Assembly: GCA_937873275.1 (NCBI GenBank)
Contig: CALMRC010000114.1
Span: 2,666 to 66,665, forward strand
Direction of reading: 5' to 3'
Origin: an uncultured Spirochaetota bacterium
GTDB taxonomy: Bacteria > Spirochaetota > Spirochaetia > Treponematales > UBA12059
Length of the DNA stretch: 64,000 nucleotides
Below, one piece after another: positions 9,166-19,000 of this stretch (position 1 is its first letter; each line of letters begins with the position of its first letter). A program made the translations under genes and the position numbers. The notes under the pieces were generated by a model. It made no database searches and was not told the origin of the DNA. It saw only the letters and a program-made list of their open reading frames with translations.

Positions 9166-12100
9166 GCCCGGGGGCCGTACGAGCGTCCGGATCGGCGTTG
9201 GAGCCCGGCCTCGGGGGCCCGGCTTCCAAGGCCGCCGCCCGGACCGCGGCCCGTATCAGCCGTTCCGTCTCGCCGGTCTGGGGAATCCGCTCCTCCGCCC
9301 GGGCGTCCCGGAGCCAGAACAGCCAGGTCCGGACCTCGGACCCCGGGAAGAGTTCCCGGCAGGCCGCCCGGTAGACCGCCAGCTGGCCGTCGTACTCGCC
9401 CTCCCGTCGCCGTCGGTCGCTCTTGAAGTCCACCACGTCCGTTCGGTTCCCCCTGCGGAAGCATAGGTCCATGCGTCCCGCGATCGTCGGGGCGGAGCGC
9501 CCTTCCGATTCCGCCCCCGGCCGTCCGCCCGGGGCGTACAGGAAGGGGGCCTCGGCCCGGAGGAACCCGGCCTTCCCGGCCTCGACCGCCGCCCGGCCCA
9601 GGTCCGACTCCAGGAACCTCCCGGCCAGGCTCCGAGCCTCCGCGGCCAGGGCCTCCCGGCGGGCCTCGGGCAGCCGGGAGAGGGCCTCCGCGAAGGCCTC
9701 GTCCCCGGCCCCGGAAGGGTCCAGCCGGGCCTGGACCGCGGCATGGCAGAGGGTCCCGAAGGAGTCTCCCGGGACTTCCTCGGCGAAGGCGTCGGCGCCC
9801 AGGGCCGGCAGATCCTCCCCGGGCGGCTCCGGCCGGCCGTCCCTCCCGTCCTCTTCCCAGGCGTCCCGGACTGCGGTGGCGGATACCTCGGCCCGGTCCC
9901 AGGTCCGCCGGACCGCCCGGGCGGCGTCGTAGAGAGGTGCCGGATCCTCGACCGCCCGGCTCCGTTCGCCGGAGAAGAGTCCCCGGTAGTCCTCCTCGGT
10001 CAGGTCGGGCACCGGAACCTCCCGCACCCGGTCGGAAAGTTCCGGGAACTTGCCGGTTCCCGGGTCCCGCAGGCCGTCCCCCCCGGCCAGGAGCGCGTGG
10101 AAGGAGGCCCCCCGTTTGTCGGCGCTCTCCGGCTCCGTCGCCGCGAAGACCAGGTGGGCGGAGGCCCGGGTGCAGGCGACATAGAAGAGCCGTTTGAGCT
10201 CCGCGGCCTCCTGCTGGGACTCCTCCTCCTTGGCCAGGTCGTAGAAGAGGTTGACGGTCTCGGCCCCGGGATCGTCCCAGGCCTTGAGGTTCAGGGTGAT
10301 CCCGTGCTCCCGGGACAGGTACCAGGCCTTGCCGCCGCCCCCGGACCGTCCCCGGTTCTCCAGGAAGGGAAGGATGACCACCGGGAACTCGAGGCCCTTG
10401 GATTTGTGGACCGTGAGGATCCGCAGGCCCGACCCCGCCTCCCGGGGGGCGTCCAGGTCCGAGAGCCGGTCCGGGGTGCCGGTCAGGGGCTCCAGCTCGG
10501 CCACGAAGGACGCCAGGGCCAGTCCCCGGGCGTCCGCGTCCGCGGCCAGTCGGAAGAGGTAGTCGAAGTGCTCCAGGAAGGGGTGGGCGTCGGGTTTCCG
10601 GACCAGCCCCAGCCGGAGTCCCTCGTCGTACCAGAGGGACCGTACCAGGGTCGAGAGGGGCCGGCGGTCCGCGTCCGACCGCAGGCGTTCCAGGATGTCC
10701 CGGCCCCGGTCGAACCGGGCCGCGTCGTCCGGGGAGAGCCCCGCTGCCTCCCGTGCGGCGGGATCGAAGGGCGGCAGGTCCCGGGCCAGGATCCGCACGA
10801 AGGCGTCGTCGGAAACCCGGACGAAGGGCGAGCGCAGGAAGGCCGCGTAGGCGGGGCCGTCCTCTGGGTGGACGGCCAGCCGGAGGGCCTGGTAGATGTC
10901 GTTGGCCGGGGACTCGGTGAAGAGGCCGCAGACGTCCCCGGCGGAGTAGGGTACCCCGAGGAGGCGGAAGTACTTTTCCAGGAGGTACTGCTTCCCGGTG
11001 CTCCGGAGCAGGACCGCGAAGTCCTCGTACCGGGCGGCCCGCCACCCGGGGCCTCCCGGCGACCCGGGATCCGGGATCCGGAGCTTCCCCCGCTCCACGG
11101 AGTCCCGGACGAAGGAGGCGACCCCGAAGGCCAGGGCCTCGTCGTCGCTCCGGAAACCCTCCCGGTCCCGGGGGGGGCGGCGGGGCTTGACCAGGTAGCG
11201 GATCGAGGGGGTTCCCCCGGGGGCGGGGTCCCGGGACAGGATCGGGGAGAACCGCGCCTCCCAGGGCCGGTCCGCCCCCCCGAGGACCCGTGCGAAAACC
11301 TCGTTGAAGAAATCCACCAGGGCGGGCTCGGAACGGTAGTTCGTGCGCAGGGCCGTACCCCCGGCGCCGAGGTCCTCCGCCAGGCCCCGGAAGACCGAGA
11401 CGTCGGCTCCCCGGAACCGGTAGATGCTCTGCTTCTCGTCCCCCACGAAGAAGAGCTTGTCGGGCTCCAGGTCCCGGGCTTCCGGGATGCCCGGGTCTTC
11501 CCGGTCCGGCCGCTCCGCCAACAGGTAGAGCAGGTCCTTCTGCAGCTCGTCGTCGTCCTGGAACTCGTCGATCATGATGTACCGGAACCGGGTCTTCCAG
11601 GCGCGCCGGATTCCCGGACGACGGGCCAGGAGGTCCACCGCCGCCTCCGCGACGTCCCGGAATCCCATGATCCCGGCCTTCCTCTTGGCTCCCCGCACCC
11701 GGTCCCCGAGCTCGGCCAACAGGCCCAGGACGGAACCCGCCAGGGGCGCCAACCTTTCCATCTCCACGGCCTTGAGGACCCGGCGGGCCGCGTCCCGGGC
11801 GGTCCCGGCGGCCTCCTTTATCCGGGTTTCGGCGTCCGAACGCCCGAAGCCGGACAGGTTGAAGGATGCGACGAGGTCCAGGGCCCCCGCGATCATGACG
11901 GCGGTACAGTTCGCGAAGGTTGTCGGCAGGGTCGCGAAGGCGTCCAGGACGGAGGCGGCCTTGGTGGAGGGGTTCCGGAGCCCGGCGCCCTCCTCCACGG
12001 CGGACCGGGCCGCGTCCAGGATGAGCGCCGCCTGGTCCCGGATCGTCCGCTCCACGGCGTCGGCCTGGAGGCGGAGCATGGCCGGGATGTCCGGGGCGGC

Positions 12101-12631
12101 GGAGGGGGTCCAGAGGCGGCCCGCGGCGTCCGCGAAGAGCTCCTTCCAGGCCCTCTCGAACCCCAGGCGGGAGAAGACCTCCCGGAGGGCGGGATCCTCC
12201 CGGCGTTCCAGGAGGAAGGCCAGGGCCCGGGCTTCGGCGATCCGGCCGCATTCCCCGTCGTCGATCCGGAAGTCCGGGGAATAGCCGTATTCCTGGGCCT
12301 CCGGACGGAGCACCAGGGAGCAGAAGGAGTCCAGGGTGGAGATCTGGGCCTCCGAGAACCGGTCCACCTGCTCCAGGGCCCGGGATTCCCCGGAGGCCAG
12401 GAGTGCCCGGTGGATGCGGCCGTACATCTCCGCCGCGGCCTTGCGGGTGAAGGTCAGGACCAGGATGTTCCGGACGTCCGCCCCCTCCCGCAGGACGAGG
12501 TCCAGGTACCGGGCCGCCAGGACCGTGGTCTTGCCGCTGCCGGCGCCCGCGGAGACGGCACCGTTCCGCCGCAGGCCGACCGCCGCCCTCTGGTCCGGGT
12601 CCAGACGGTCCATCATGGGATTGCCGCTCAT
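9158..12631 (-). CDS. addA: UvrD/Rep-family helicase with C-terminal PD-(D/E)XK nuclease (AddA/RecB-like subunit)
   Basis: Walker A at GAGSGKTTVLAARY, with helicase motifs (LVLTFTRKAA, IMIDEFQD, VHKSKGLEF). The C-terminal nuclease motif is GRMDLCF...VVDFKSD...YDGQLAVY. Confidence 0.85.
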   Translation of the reverse strand: MSGNPMMDRLDPDQRAAVGLRRNGAVSAGAGSGKTTVLAARYLDLVLREGADVRNILVLTFTRKAAAEMYGRIHRALLASGESRALEQVDRFSEAQISTLDSFCSLVLRPEAQEYGYSPDFRIDDGECGRIAEARALAFLLERREDPALREVFSRLGFERAWKELFADAAGRLWTPSAAPDIPAMLRLQADAVERTIRDQAALILDAARSAVEEGAGLRNPSTKAASVLDAFATLPTTFANCTAVMIAGALDLVASFNLSGFGRSDAETRIKEAAGTARDAARRVLKAVEMERLAPLAGSVLGLLAELGDRVRGAKRKAGIMGFRDVAEAAVDLLARRPGIRRAWKTRFRYIMIDEFQDDDELQKDLLYLLAERPDREDPGIPEARDLEPDKLFFVGDEKQSIYRFRGADVSVFRGLAEDLGAGGTALRTNYRSEPALVDFFNEVFARVLGGADRPWEARFSPILSRDPAPGGTPSIRYLVKPRRPPRDREGFRSDDEALAFGVASFVRDSVERGKLRIPDPGSPGGPGWRAARYEDFAVLLRSTGKQYLLEKYFRLLGVPYSAGDVCGLFTESPANDIYQALRLAVHPEDGPAYAAFLRSPFVRVSDDAFVRILARDLPPFDPAAREAAGLSPDDAARFDRGRDILERLRSDADRRPLSTLVRSLWYDEGLRLGLVRKPDAHPFLEHFDYLFRLAADADARGLALASFVAELEPLTGTPDRLSDLDAPREAGSGLRILTVHKSKGLEFPVVILPFLENRGRSGGGGKAWYLSREHGITLNLKAWDDPGAETVNLFYDLAKEEESQQEAAELKRLFYVACTRASAHLVFAATEPESADKRGASFHALLAGGDGLRDPGTGKFPELSDRVREVPVPDLTEEDYRGLFSGERSRAVEDPAPLYDAARAVRRTWDRAEVSATAVRDAWEEDGRDGRPEPPGEDLPALGADAFAEEVPGDSFGTLCHAAVQARLDPSGAGDEAFAEALSRLPEARREALAAEARSLAGRFLESDLGRAAVEAGKAGFLRAEAPFLYAPGGRPGAESEGRSAPTIAGRMDLCFRRGNRTDVVDFKSDRRRREGEYDGQLAVYRAACRELFPGSEVRTWLFWLRDARAEERIPQTGETERLIRAAVRAAALEAGPPRPGSNADPDARTAPGLT

Positions 12632-15303
12632 CCGCCCTCCGTCGCGTAGCCGACGCGGCAGACGGAAGCCCAGCCGCAGGACCCGCAGTCCCTCTCCGCG
12701 GGACGGGGGGTGCGGAAATCCCCCTCCCGGAGCCGCCGGGCCGTGGTCCGCAGGTATTCTTCGAAGACCTCCAGGGCCGGTCCGTAGTCCTCCAGGGTCC
12801 GCACACCCGGGCCCAGGACGTCCAGGGCCTTGGCCTCCTCCAGGGACCAGTACCGGGCCCGGGTGACCGTCCGGCCCTCGGCCTCGCAGAGGAGGACGTA
12901 GGCAGCCATCTGGGGAGCCGCGAGGTTCCCGTCCCCGTCGGGGATCACCTCGGTCTTTTTCGGGATCGAGCGCTTCTTGTAGTCGATGATCGCGTGCTCC
13001 CCGTCCCGGCTCGCCAGCCGATCCAGGCGTCCTACCAGACAGGCGTCCAGGTCCGGGTAGTCCTTTTCCAGGTCACCCTCCAGGCTCTCGATCCCCCAGC
13101 CCCGGAAGGTCCCGGCTTCCTCCCGGAGGAGCCGGGCGATCCGGTCCTCCAGCTTGGGGACATAGGCCTCGAACATGGGACGGAGGAAGGGACCGTGCCG
13201 GGATTCGAAGGCGGGGAGGACGCGGTCCACCGAGGGCCGGACCCAGGAGAGGTATTCCTCCAGGCGGTCCGCGTCGAAGGGACCGGATTCTCCGATCCGC
13301 TCGTAGAGGATCCGGAGGGACTCGTGGGCCATCTCCCCGGCCAGGAGGGCGTCGAAGAATCCCACTCCGGATTTCTCCTCCTCCAGGGCCAACCCCCGGG
13401 CCAGGAGCCAGGCGAAGGGACAGGACAACATCTCCGAAACCTGGGTGGCCGAGAGGCGGAGGCGGCCGTCCGCCCGGCTCGCCCGGGAGAGGACCTCCCG
13501 GCGGGCTTCCGGATCGGCTCGGTCCCGGCGGTAGTCCGAGGCGGGGGTGCCCAGGGAACGCGCCGCGGAACGGAAGGCTCGGACCTGGACCTCCAGGAGA
13601 TCCCGGGGAACGTCCCCGCCCCGCCAGGCCCGTTCCTCCCGGCCCCAGGGATCCGATTCCTTGAGGGCCGCGCCGTCCGGGGGCGGGCCGATCCGGCCCC
13701 CCCGGGAAAACCACGGGAAGGGGAGGTTCCAGCCCCGGAAGCCCTCCACGGAATAGCTGAAGACGGTCCCGTCCCGGGACGCGTAGGCCCGGGCGTAGTC
13801 CTGGGAGGCGTCCCGGTCCGGTAGCCCGAGGCCTTCCTTCTCGTCCTCCCGGAGGCCCGGGGCGGCGACGAAGCGGACCCCCAGGCCCTCCTGGGATGCC
13901 CCGGCCACGTAGTGGCGCCGGACGGCCTGGAGGGCGGAAACCCGGTAGGAGTACACCGGAACCCCCGGGCCCGTGGACTGATGAACGTACCGGAGCTCCG
14001 AGAGGACTCCCCGGAACTGGGAGAAGGCCGTGCCCCGGGGAAGTTCCAGGCCGAGCTCGGACTCCAGCCGGACGTAGGCCACCAGCTCGTCCATGGCCCG
14101 CTGGAAGGACCGTTCGTCCTCCTCGGAGAGGCGGGACTCCTCCAGGAATTCCCGCCGGAAGGCCACGAAGGCCCGGGCCAGGGCGCCGAAATCGCGGGCT
14201 TCCGTGAGCTCCCGGATTCCGGATTTCAACCTGCGGTAGAAGGAATCCAGCCCCGGTTCCGGGACGCCGCAGACCCGGAAGCTTTCCAGCCAGGGATCCA
14301 CCCGGCGGCCCTCCGCGACGTAGGGGGCGTAGGCGTGACGGCGTATTCCGAACCGGACCAGGGACCGCGCCCGCTCCGGCTCCCTCCAGGGCAGGAAGCG
14401 GTCCAGGAGGAGGGCGGTGACCGACTCCAGATCGAAGTCCCGTTCGGCGCAGGTCCCCAGGGCGCCCAGGAACCGGCCGACCGGCTGCCGCGCCAGGGGA
14501 AGACCGCTCCGGATCTCCGCGGGGACCCCCGCCAGGGCGGCGGCCTTCTCCACCCAGGGGGCGGTCTCGTCCAGGTCCGGAACCGTGACCGCGATATCCT
14601 CGGGACGGATCCCCGAGTCCAGGTCCCGGGCGACGGACAGGAAGATCCACCGAAACTCCTCGTGGAGGTTCGGGAACTCCGCCAGGGGAGGGCCCGCCGG
14701 TACGTCCGGGATCTCGAGGATCCGGATCCCCGGGGACGCGGCAAGGGCCTCCCGGTACTCCTCGAAGTCCCGGGCCAGTTCCGGGCAGACCAGGATGTGC
14801 CGGCGATCCGCCGCCGGTTCGGGGAGGGGCACCCAGGAGGGCTCGTAGAGGCCCCGATCCGCCAGGAAGGCGGCGTACCTCCGGTGGAGGGCCGCCAGGT
14901 CCCGGACCTTGCCTCCCCCGTCCGTCCGCCCGCCCCGGTCCGCGATCCTGCCGAGGGCCGGCAGGATCCCCGCGAGGAAGGGGACGTGGCCCGCGTACTC
15001 CCCCCGGAACTCCGGCCGGATCAGGGCGCCCAGGAAGGGGGAGCGGCTGTTCTCCTCCAGGACCGAGACGGCCCAGATCCTGCGGATCCGGTCGTCCGCG
15101 GGACGTCCCTCCTCCCTACGGGAGAAGAGGCCGGCCTTGAAGGTGTCCCAGCCCAGGAAGCGGTCCGAGAAGAGGGCCCGGGAGGGACCCAGGTCCAGGG
15201 CCCTTCGGGCCCAGGACGCGGCGGCCACCTCGCTGGGAAAGACGAAGGAGACCGAGGGGTCGGGCAAGGCGGCGGCGACGGCCGATTCGAGGAAGTCCGG
15301 CAT
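12628..15303 (-). CDS. addB: AddB-like PD-(D/E)XK nuclease subunit with C-terminal Fe-S cysteine cluster
   Basis: 4-nt overlap with addA. Nuclease motif is GRLDRLA...AIIDYKK. Cys pattern is SCPF...DCGSCGWASVC (C...C-x2-C-x5-C). I found no Walker A motif. Confidence 0.7.
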   Translation of the reverse strand: MPDFLESAVAAALPDPSVSFVFPSEVAAASWARRALDLGPSRALFSDRFLGWDTFKAGLFSRREEGRPADDRIRRIWAVSVLEENSRSPFLGALIRPEFRGEYAGHVPFLAGILPALGRIADRGGRTDGGGKVRDLAALHRRYAAFLADRGLYEPSWVPLPEPAADRRHILVCPELARDFEEYREALAASPGIRILEIPDVPAGPPLAEFPNLHEEFRWIFLSVARDLDSGIRPEDIAVTVPDLDETAPWVEKAAALAGVPAEIRSGLPLARQPVGRFLGALGTCAERDFDLESVTALLLDRFLPWREPERARSLVRFGIRRHAYAPYVAEGRRVDPWLESFRVCGVPEPGLDSFYRRLKSGIRELTEARDFGALARAFVAFRREFLEESRLSEEDERSFQRAMDELVAYVRLESELGLELPRGTAFSQFRGVLSELRYVHQSTGPGVPVYSYRVSALQAVRRHYVAGASQEGLGVRFVAAPGLREDEKEGLGLPDRDASQDYARAYASRDGTVFSYSVEGFRGWNLPFPWFSRGGRIGPPPDGAALKESDPWGREERAWRGGDVPRDLLEVQVRAFRSAARSLGTPASDYRRDRADPEARREVLSRASRADGRLRLSATQVSEMLSCPFAWLLARGLALEEEKSGVGFFDALLAGEMAHESLRILYERIGESGPFDADRLEEYLSWVRPSVDRVLPAFESRHGPFLRPMFEAYVPKLEDRIARLLREEAGTFRGWGIESLEGDLEKDYPDLDACLVGRLDRLASRDGEHAIIDYKKRSIPKKTEVIPDGDGNLAAPQMAAYVLLCEAEGRTVTRARYWSLEEAKALDVLGPGVRTLEDYGPALEVFEEYLRTTARRLREGDFRTPRPAERDCGSCGWASVCRVGYATEGG

Positions 15304-15310
15304 AGGTCAG

Positions 15311-15450
15311 GGAACCGTGAACCGTGGACAGTGGACCGTGAACCGAGGCGACGTTTCCGCCCGGATCCCGAGAATCGCTAATGCATCGAATGGTTCAAGT
15401 ATCCTGCCGTACATTCCCGTCCACCGTTCACCGTCTACCGTCCACGGTCC
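15311..15450. repeat. Heptamer-array inverted-repeat element, copy A (GTGRACN family)
   Basis: Left arm GGAACC GTGAACC GTGGACA GTGGACC GTGAACC (15311-15348), 67-nt core, right arm CGTCCAC CGTTCAC CGTCTAC CGTCCAC GGTCC (15416-15450). Confidence 0.8.
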
Positions 15451-15947
15451 GCCCACGCCCCCTCCACCGCGGCCACGTACATCCGGTGCCAGTCCCCGTT
15501 GGCGTAGTTCTTCAGCACCGCGGGGTCCACGATATGGCTGGGGCCGAGGTCCTGGGCGTAGAGCTTGCGGCAGGACAGGACGAGCCTTGCCTGGCGGAAG
15601 GAGACGACCCCCGGCTCGGGCTCGAAGGGTTCGAGGCCCGTGAGGGCCGCCTTGTCCGCGTCCCTCCCGGAGACGCTCCCGCATTTGGAAAGGATCTCCC
15701 TCCGTTCCTCGGGGAAAAAGGAGAGGGTGAAGCGGTCGCCCCGGTTCATGAACCCGAAGGTGTGTCGGGAGGGCCGCACGAAGACGAAGGCGACCCGCTG
15801 GTGCCAGAGGACCCCCAGGCCGCCCCAGCTGGCGGTCATGGTGTTCCAGGAGGAGGGATCCCCGGCGGTCACCAGCATCCAGTCCTTTCCGATGAGCTTC
15901 CAGGGGTTGTCCGTCAGGTTCTCGATGTCGATGGGCTCGAAGGGCAT
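15435..15947 (-). CDS. Flavin reductase-like (flavoredoxin-type) domain protein
   Basis: ATG at 15947 (MPFEPIDIENL...) preceded by AAGGAG. WMLVTAGDPSSWNTMTASWGG is typical of the flavin reductase-like fold. The upstream part of ORF 15435..16085 lies in repeat copy B. Confidence 0.65.
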   Translation of the reverse strand: MPFEPIDIENLTDNPWKLIGKDWMLVTAGDPSSWNTMTASWGGLGVLWHQRVAFVFVRPSRHTFGFMNRGDRFTLSFFPEERREILSKCGSVSGRDADKAALTGLEPFEPEPGVVSFRQARLVLSCRKLYAQDLGPSHIVDPAVLKNYANGDWHRMYVAAVEGAWADRGR

Positions 15948-15962
15948 GGTCACTCCTTGGTT

Positions 15963-16092
15963 CGGTGGTCCGTGGTCGGGGGACGGTGGACGGAGGGTAC
16001 TTCGGAATTCGGCGGCCGGCAAGACTCGGGCGGTCCCCGCGTCCGTGACCCGCCGTCGCGCTCCCGTCCCCGGTTTACAGTCCACCGTCCAC
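15963..16092. repeat. Heptamer-array inverted-repeat element, copy B (GTGRACN family, diverged)
   Basis: Left arm GTGGTCC GTGGTCG GGGGACG GTGGACG (15963-15997), 63-nt core, right arm CTCCCGTCCCCGGTTTACA GTCCAC CGTCCAC (16061-16092). Confidence 0.7.
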
Positions 16093-19000
16093 TTTGTATT
16101 CCGACTTCACCTCCATCTTCCGGAGGTCGGCGTATAGCTTCATCGCCGCGGTTTCCCGGGACTTGTAGGTCCCGCCGCCGGGAGCGAAGAGGACCCCCAG
16201 GGACGCGGCCGCGGCGAAGAGCCCGAAGCCCTCCGCCCGGAACCACTCGATCCCGTCCCAGGTGTTCACGCCCAGGATCCGGCGTCCGTCCTCGTCGGCG
16301 GTCCAGGCTTTCCAGAGGGTCCGGGCGGAGGGCCCGTCCGGGGCAAGGGCCGCCGCGGTCTTGGCCCCGTTGGCCAGGCGCCAGGCCTCGTCGCCGGGGA
16401 CCCCGGCGGCCTGCAGGGCTTCCCGGAGCTTCCGGTCCAGGCACCAGTGGTCCGCCAGGGCCCGGGCGTCCTCGCCCCGGGCCCGGGGGCCGAGCAGGGC
16501 CCGGAGGGAGTCCAGGACGACCAGGGCCGCGGCGGTCTGGGCCGCCGCCGGGAAGGCCGCGGTCAAGGCGGCGGGGAAGGAATCCGGTCCGCCCGACCTG
16601 ACTTCCTGCAGGAAGGACGCAAGGTCCCGGAACCCGGAGACGAGGGCGGCCGCGGTACGTTTCACGGGGTCCGTCGGGACGGTTCCGGACGGCTGCTTGT
16701 TCGCGGCCGTCGTGCCTTCCGGAACGGGCGTCGCCCGGGCTCCCTCCGATTTTCCCGGCGAGGGCTCGGCGCCCCCGTCGAAGTCCTCCAGGAAGACCAG
16801 GGCGGTCCGGGCGAAGGCCCGGGACCGTTCCGGGAGGGACTCGAGGAGGGATGCGACGGCCGGGGGCGGGACGGCGGTTTTTTTCGGCGCGCCCTTCCGG
16901 CTCCCCGCCGGGGCTTCCGCCGTCGACGGTTCCGGGTTCGGAGCCGGACCGGGAATCCCCGCCTCCGGTCCGGGGACCGGGGTAACCCGGAGGGCCGCCA
17001 GGAACTCCGGGGACAGCAGGGCGGCGAAAGCCGCGTAGAGCTCCGCCAGGTCGATGTCCTGGAGGGCCGCGGACAGGTCCGGAACCCCGGCGCCGCCCAG
17101 GTTCCGGCAGAGGGTCGCGTAGCGGCCCGTAGCGTCGTCCTCGATCTCGTGGGCGTCCAGGAAGACCTGGCTCTCGTACCCGTTCAGGGCGAGGTGGAGT
17201 CCCCGGGCCGCGACGTCCTTGGAGGGCCGGAGGTACCAGAGTTCGCTCCGCTGCTCCCGGAAGACCAGGAAGCGGCCGTCCCGGCCGGTGAGTCCCAGGG
17301 CATCCGAGAGGGACCGCTGGACATGGCGCTTGGTTCCGTCCGGGAGGATCTCCGCGTAGTAGGCGGAGTCCTTGATCCACCCCGAGGCCCGCTCGTAGGC
17401 GTTGTTGAAGGCCACCAGGGCGGCCTCCCCTCCGGACCGGTTGGAGTAGGCGAAGACGTTCTGGTTGACCTGGCCCCGCTCTTCCCAAAGGTCGTAGAGC
17501 AGGAAGTCCTCCACCCCCGAGAAGAGGTACCGGCGCTTGAGGAGGGGGAAGATCTCCCGCTCGTGCCGGGCCACCAGTCCCGCGTCGGCCTTCTCATCCC
17601 GGTAGGCCCGGCGGTACTCCATGCCGTACTTCTCCTCGAAACCCTCGACCTGGCCGTGGCCGAACATGGGCAGCCCCGGCAGGGTGGCCATCAGGGTGCA
17701 GACCCCGAAGTACTTGTCCCCCTTGCCGAACTGGGCCACCGCGGTCTCCTCGTCCGGGTTGTTCAGGAAGTTCACGAAGCGCTTGAGGATGCGCTTGTCG
17801 AACTCCTGGGTGTTCTTGATGGTCTCCTTGAACTTCCCGTTCTCCTCCTTCTTGAGCATGTTCATGAAGGCGGAGTTGTAGACCCGGTGCATGCCCAGGG
17901 TCCGGACGAAGTAGCCTTCCATCATCCAGAAGGCCTCGGCCAAAAGCAGGGTGTCCGGGGCGTCCCGGGCGCAGCGGTCCACGATCTGGCGCCAGAACTC
18001 CTCGGGCATCCGCTCGTCGAAGTCCGGCCGGGAGAGGGCGTGCTCCGCCCGCGAGGCTATGTCGCCGCCCGATCCGGGCTCGGGGTACCAGAGCCGGCGG
18101 AAGTGCCGCTTGGCCAGGACCATGGCCGCGTCGAAGCGGATGATGGGGAAGACCCGGGCCACGTGGAGGATCCGCTCCGCCACCGCCTCCCGGGCCTCGG
18201 GCTTGAGGAAATCGATCTGAGCGGTGTCGTTCCAGGGCATCCCGGTCCCGTCGTTCCCGTGGTAGACGAAGCGGGTATCCCCGGTGCGGAAATCCGTCCG
18301 CTTGAACACCACCGCCGCGTCGGAGCGGTTGTAGTAGTGGTCCTCCAGCCAGATCCCGACGGAGGGATCTCCGGAGAGGTTTTCCCCGTTGAAGGTGTAG
18401 CCCGGGAAGGGCGGGTGGCCCGCCTGGACGAAGAGGTCCGGCCGGTTCCGGACCCACTCGGAGTCGATGCCCGTGTGGTTGGGCACCATATCCGCCGCCA
18501 GCCGGATCCCCCGCCAGGCGCAGCGCTCCCGGAGGTTGTGCAGGGAGGACCACCCCCCCAGCTCCCCGGCGATCTCGTAGTCGAAGAGGCTGTAGGCGCT
18601 GGCCGCCGCCTCGGGGTTCCCGCAGAGCTGCTTGATCCGGCGGCTCGCGTCGGATCGCTCCCACAGGCCGATGAGCCACAGGGCGTTGAAGCCCCGGGTG
18701 GCCAGGAGGTCCAGCTCCTCGTCGGGGATGAGGTCCAGGCGGTCGATGGTCCGGCCGTAGGCGACGGAGAGCTGGTGAAGCCACACGAGGACGCTCTTGG
18801 CCATCATCACGACCCGGGGCATCCAGTCCTTGTCCTCCGTGAACCGCTCGTACTCGTGCTCCATGCCCTCGTAGACGTAGACTCGGGAGGGGCCGGGTCC
18901 CGGGAAGAAGGGCTTCTCCTCCTCCTTGATCATGTCCAGGCCGCCCAGGATCCGGGCCAGCAAGGGACCCAGGAGGAGGCCCCAGTTCCGGCGCATGTAG

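Noticed and set aside
9114-12806. ORFs 9114..12806(-) of 1230 aa and 9743..12649(+) of 968 aa
   Set aside because: They are RPG-rich shadow frames over addA. The addA frame carries the Walker A, helicase and nuclease motifs.
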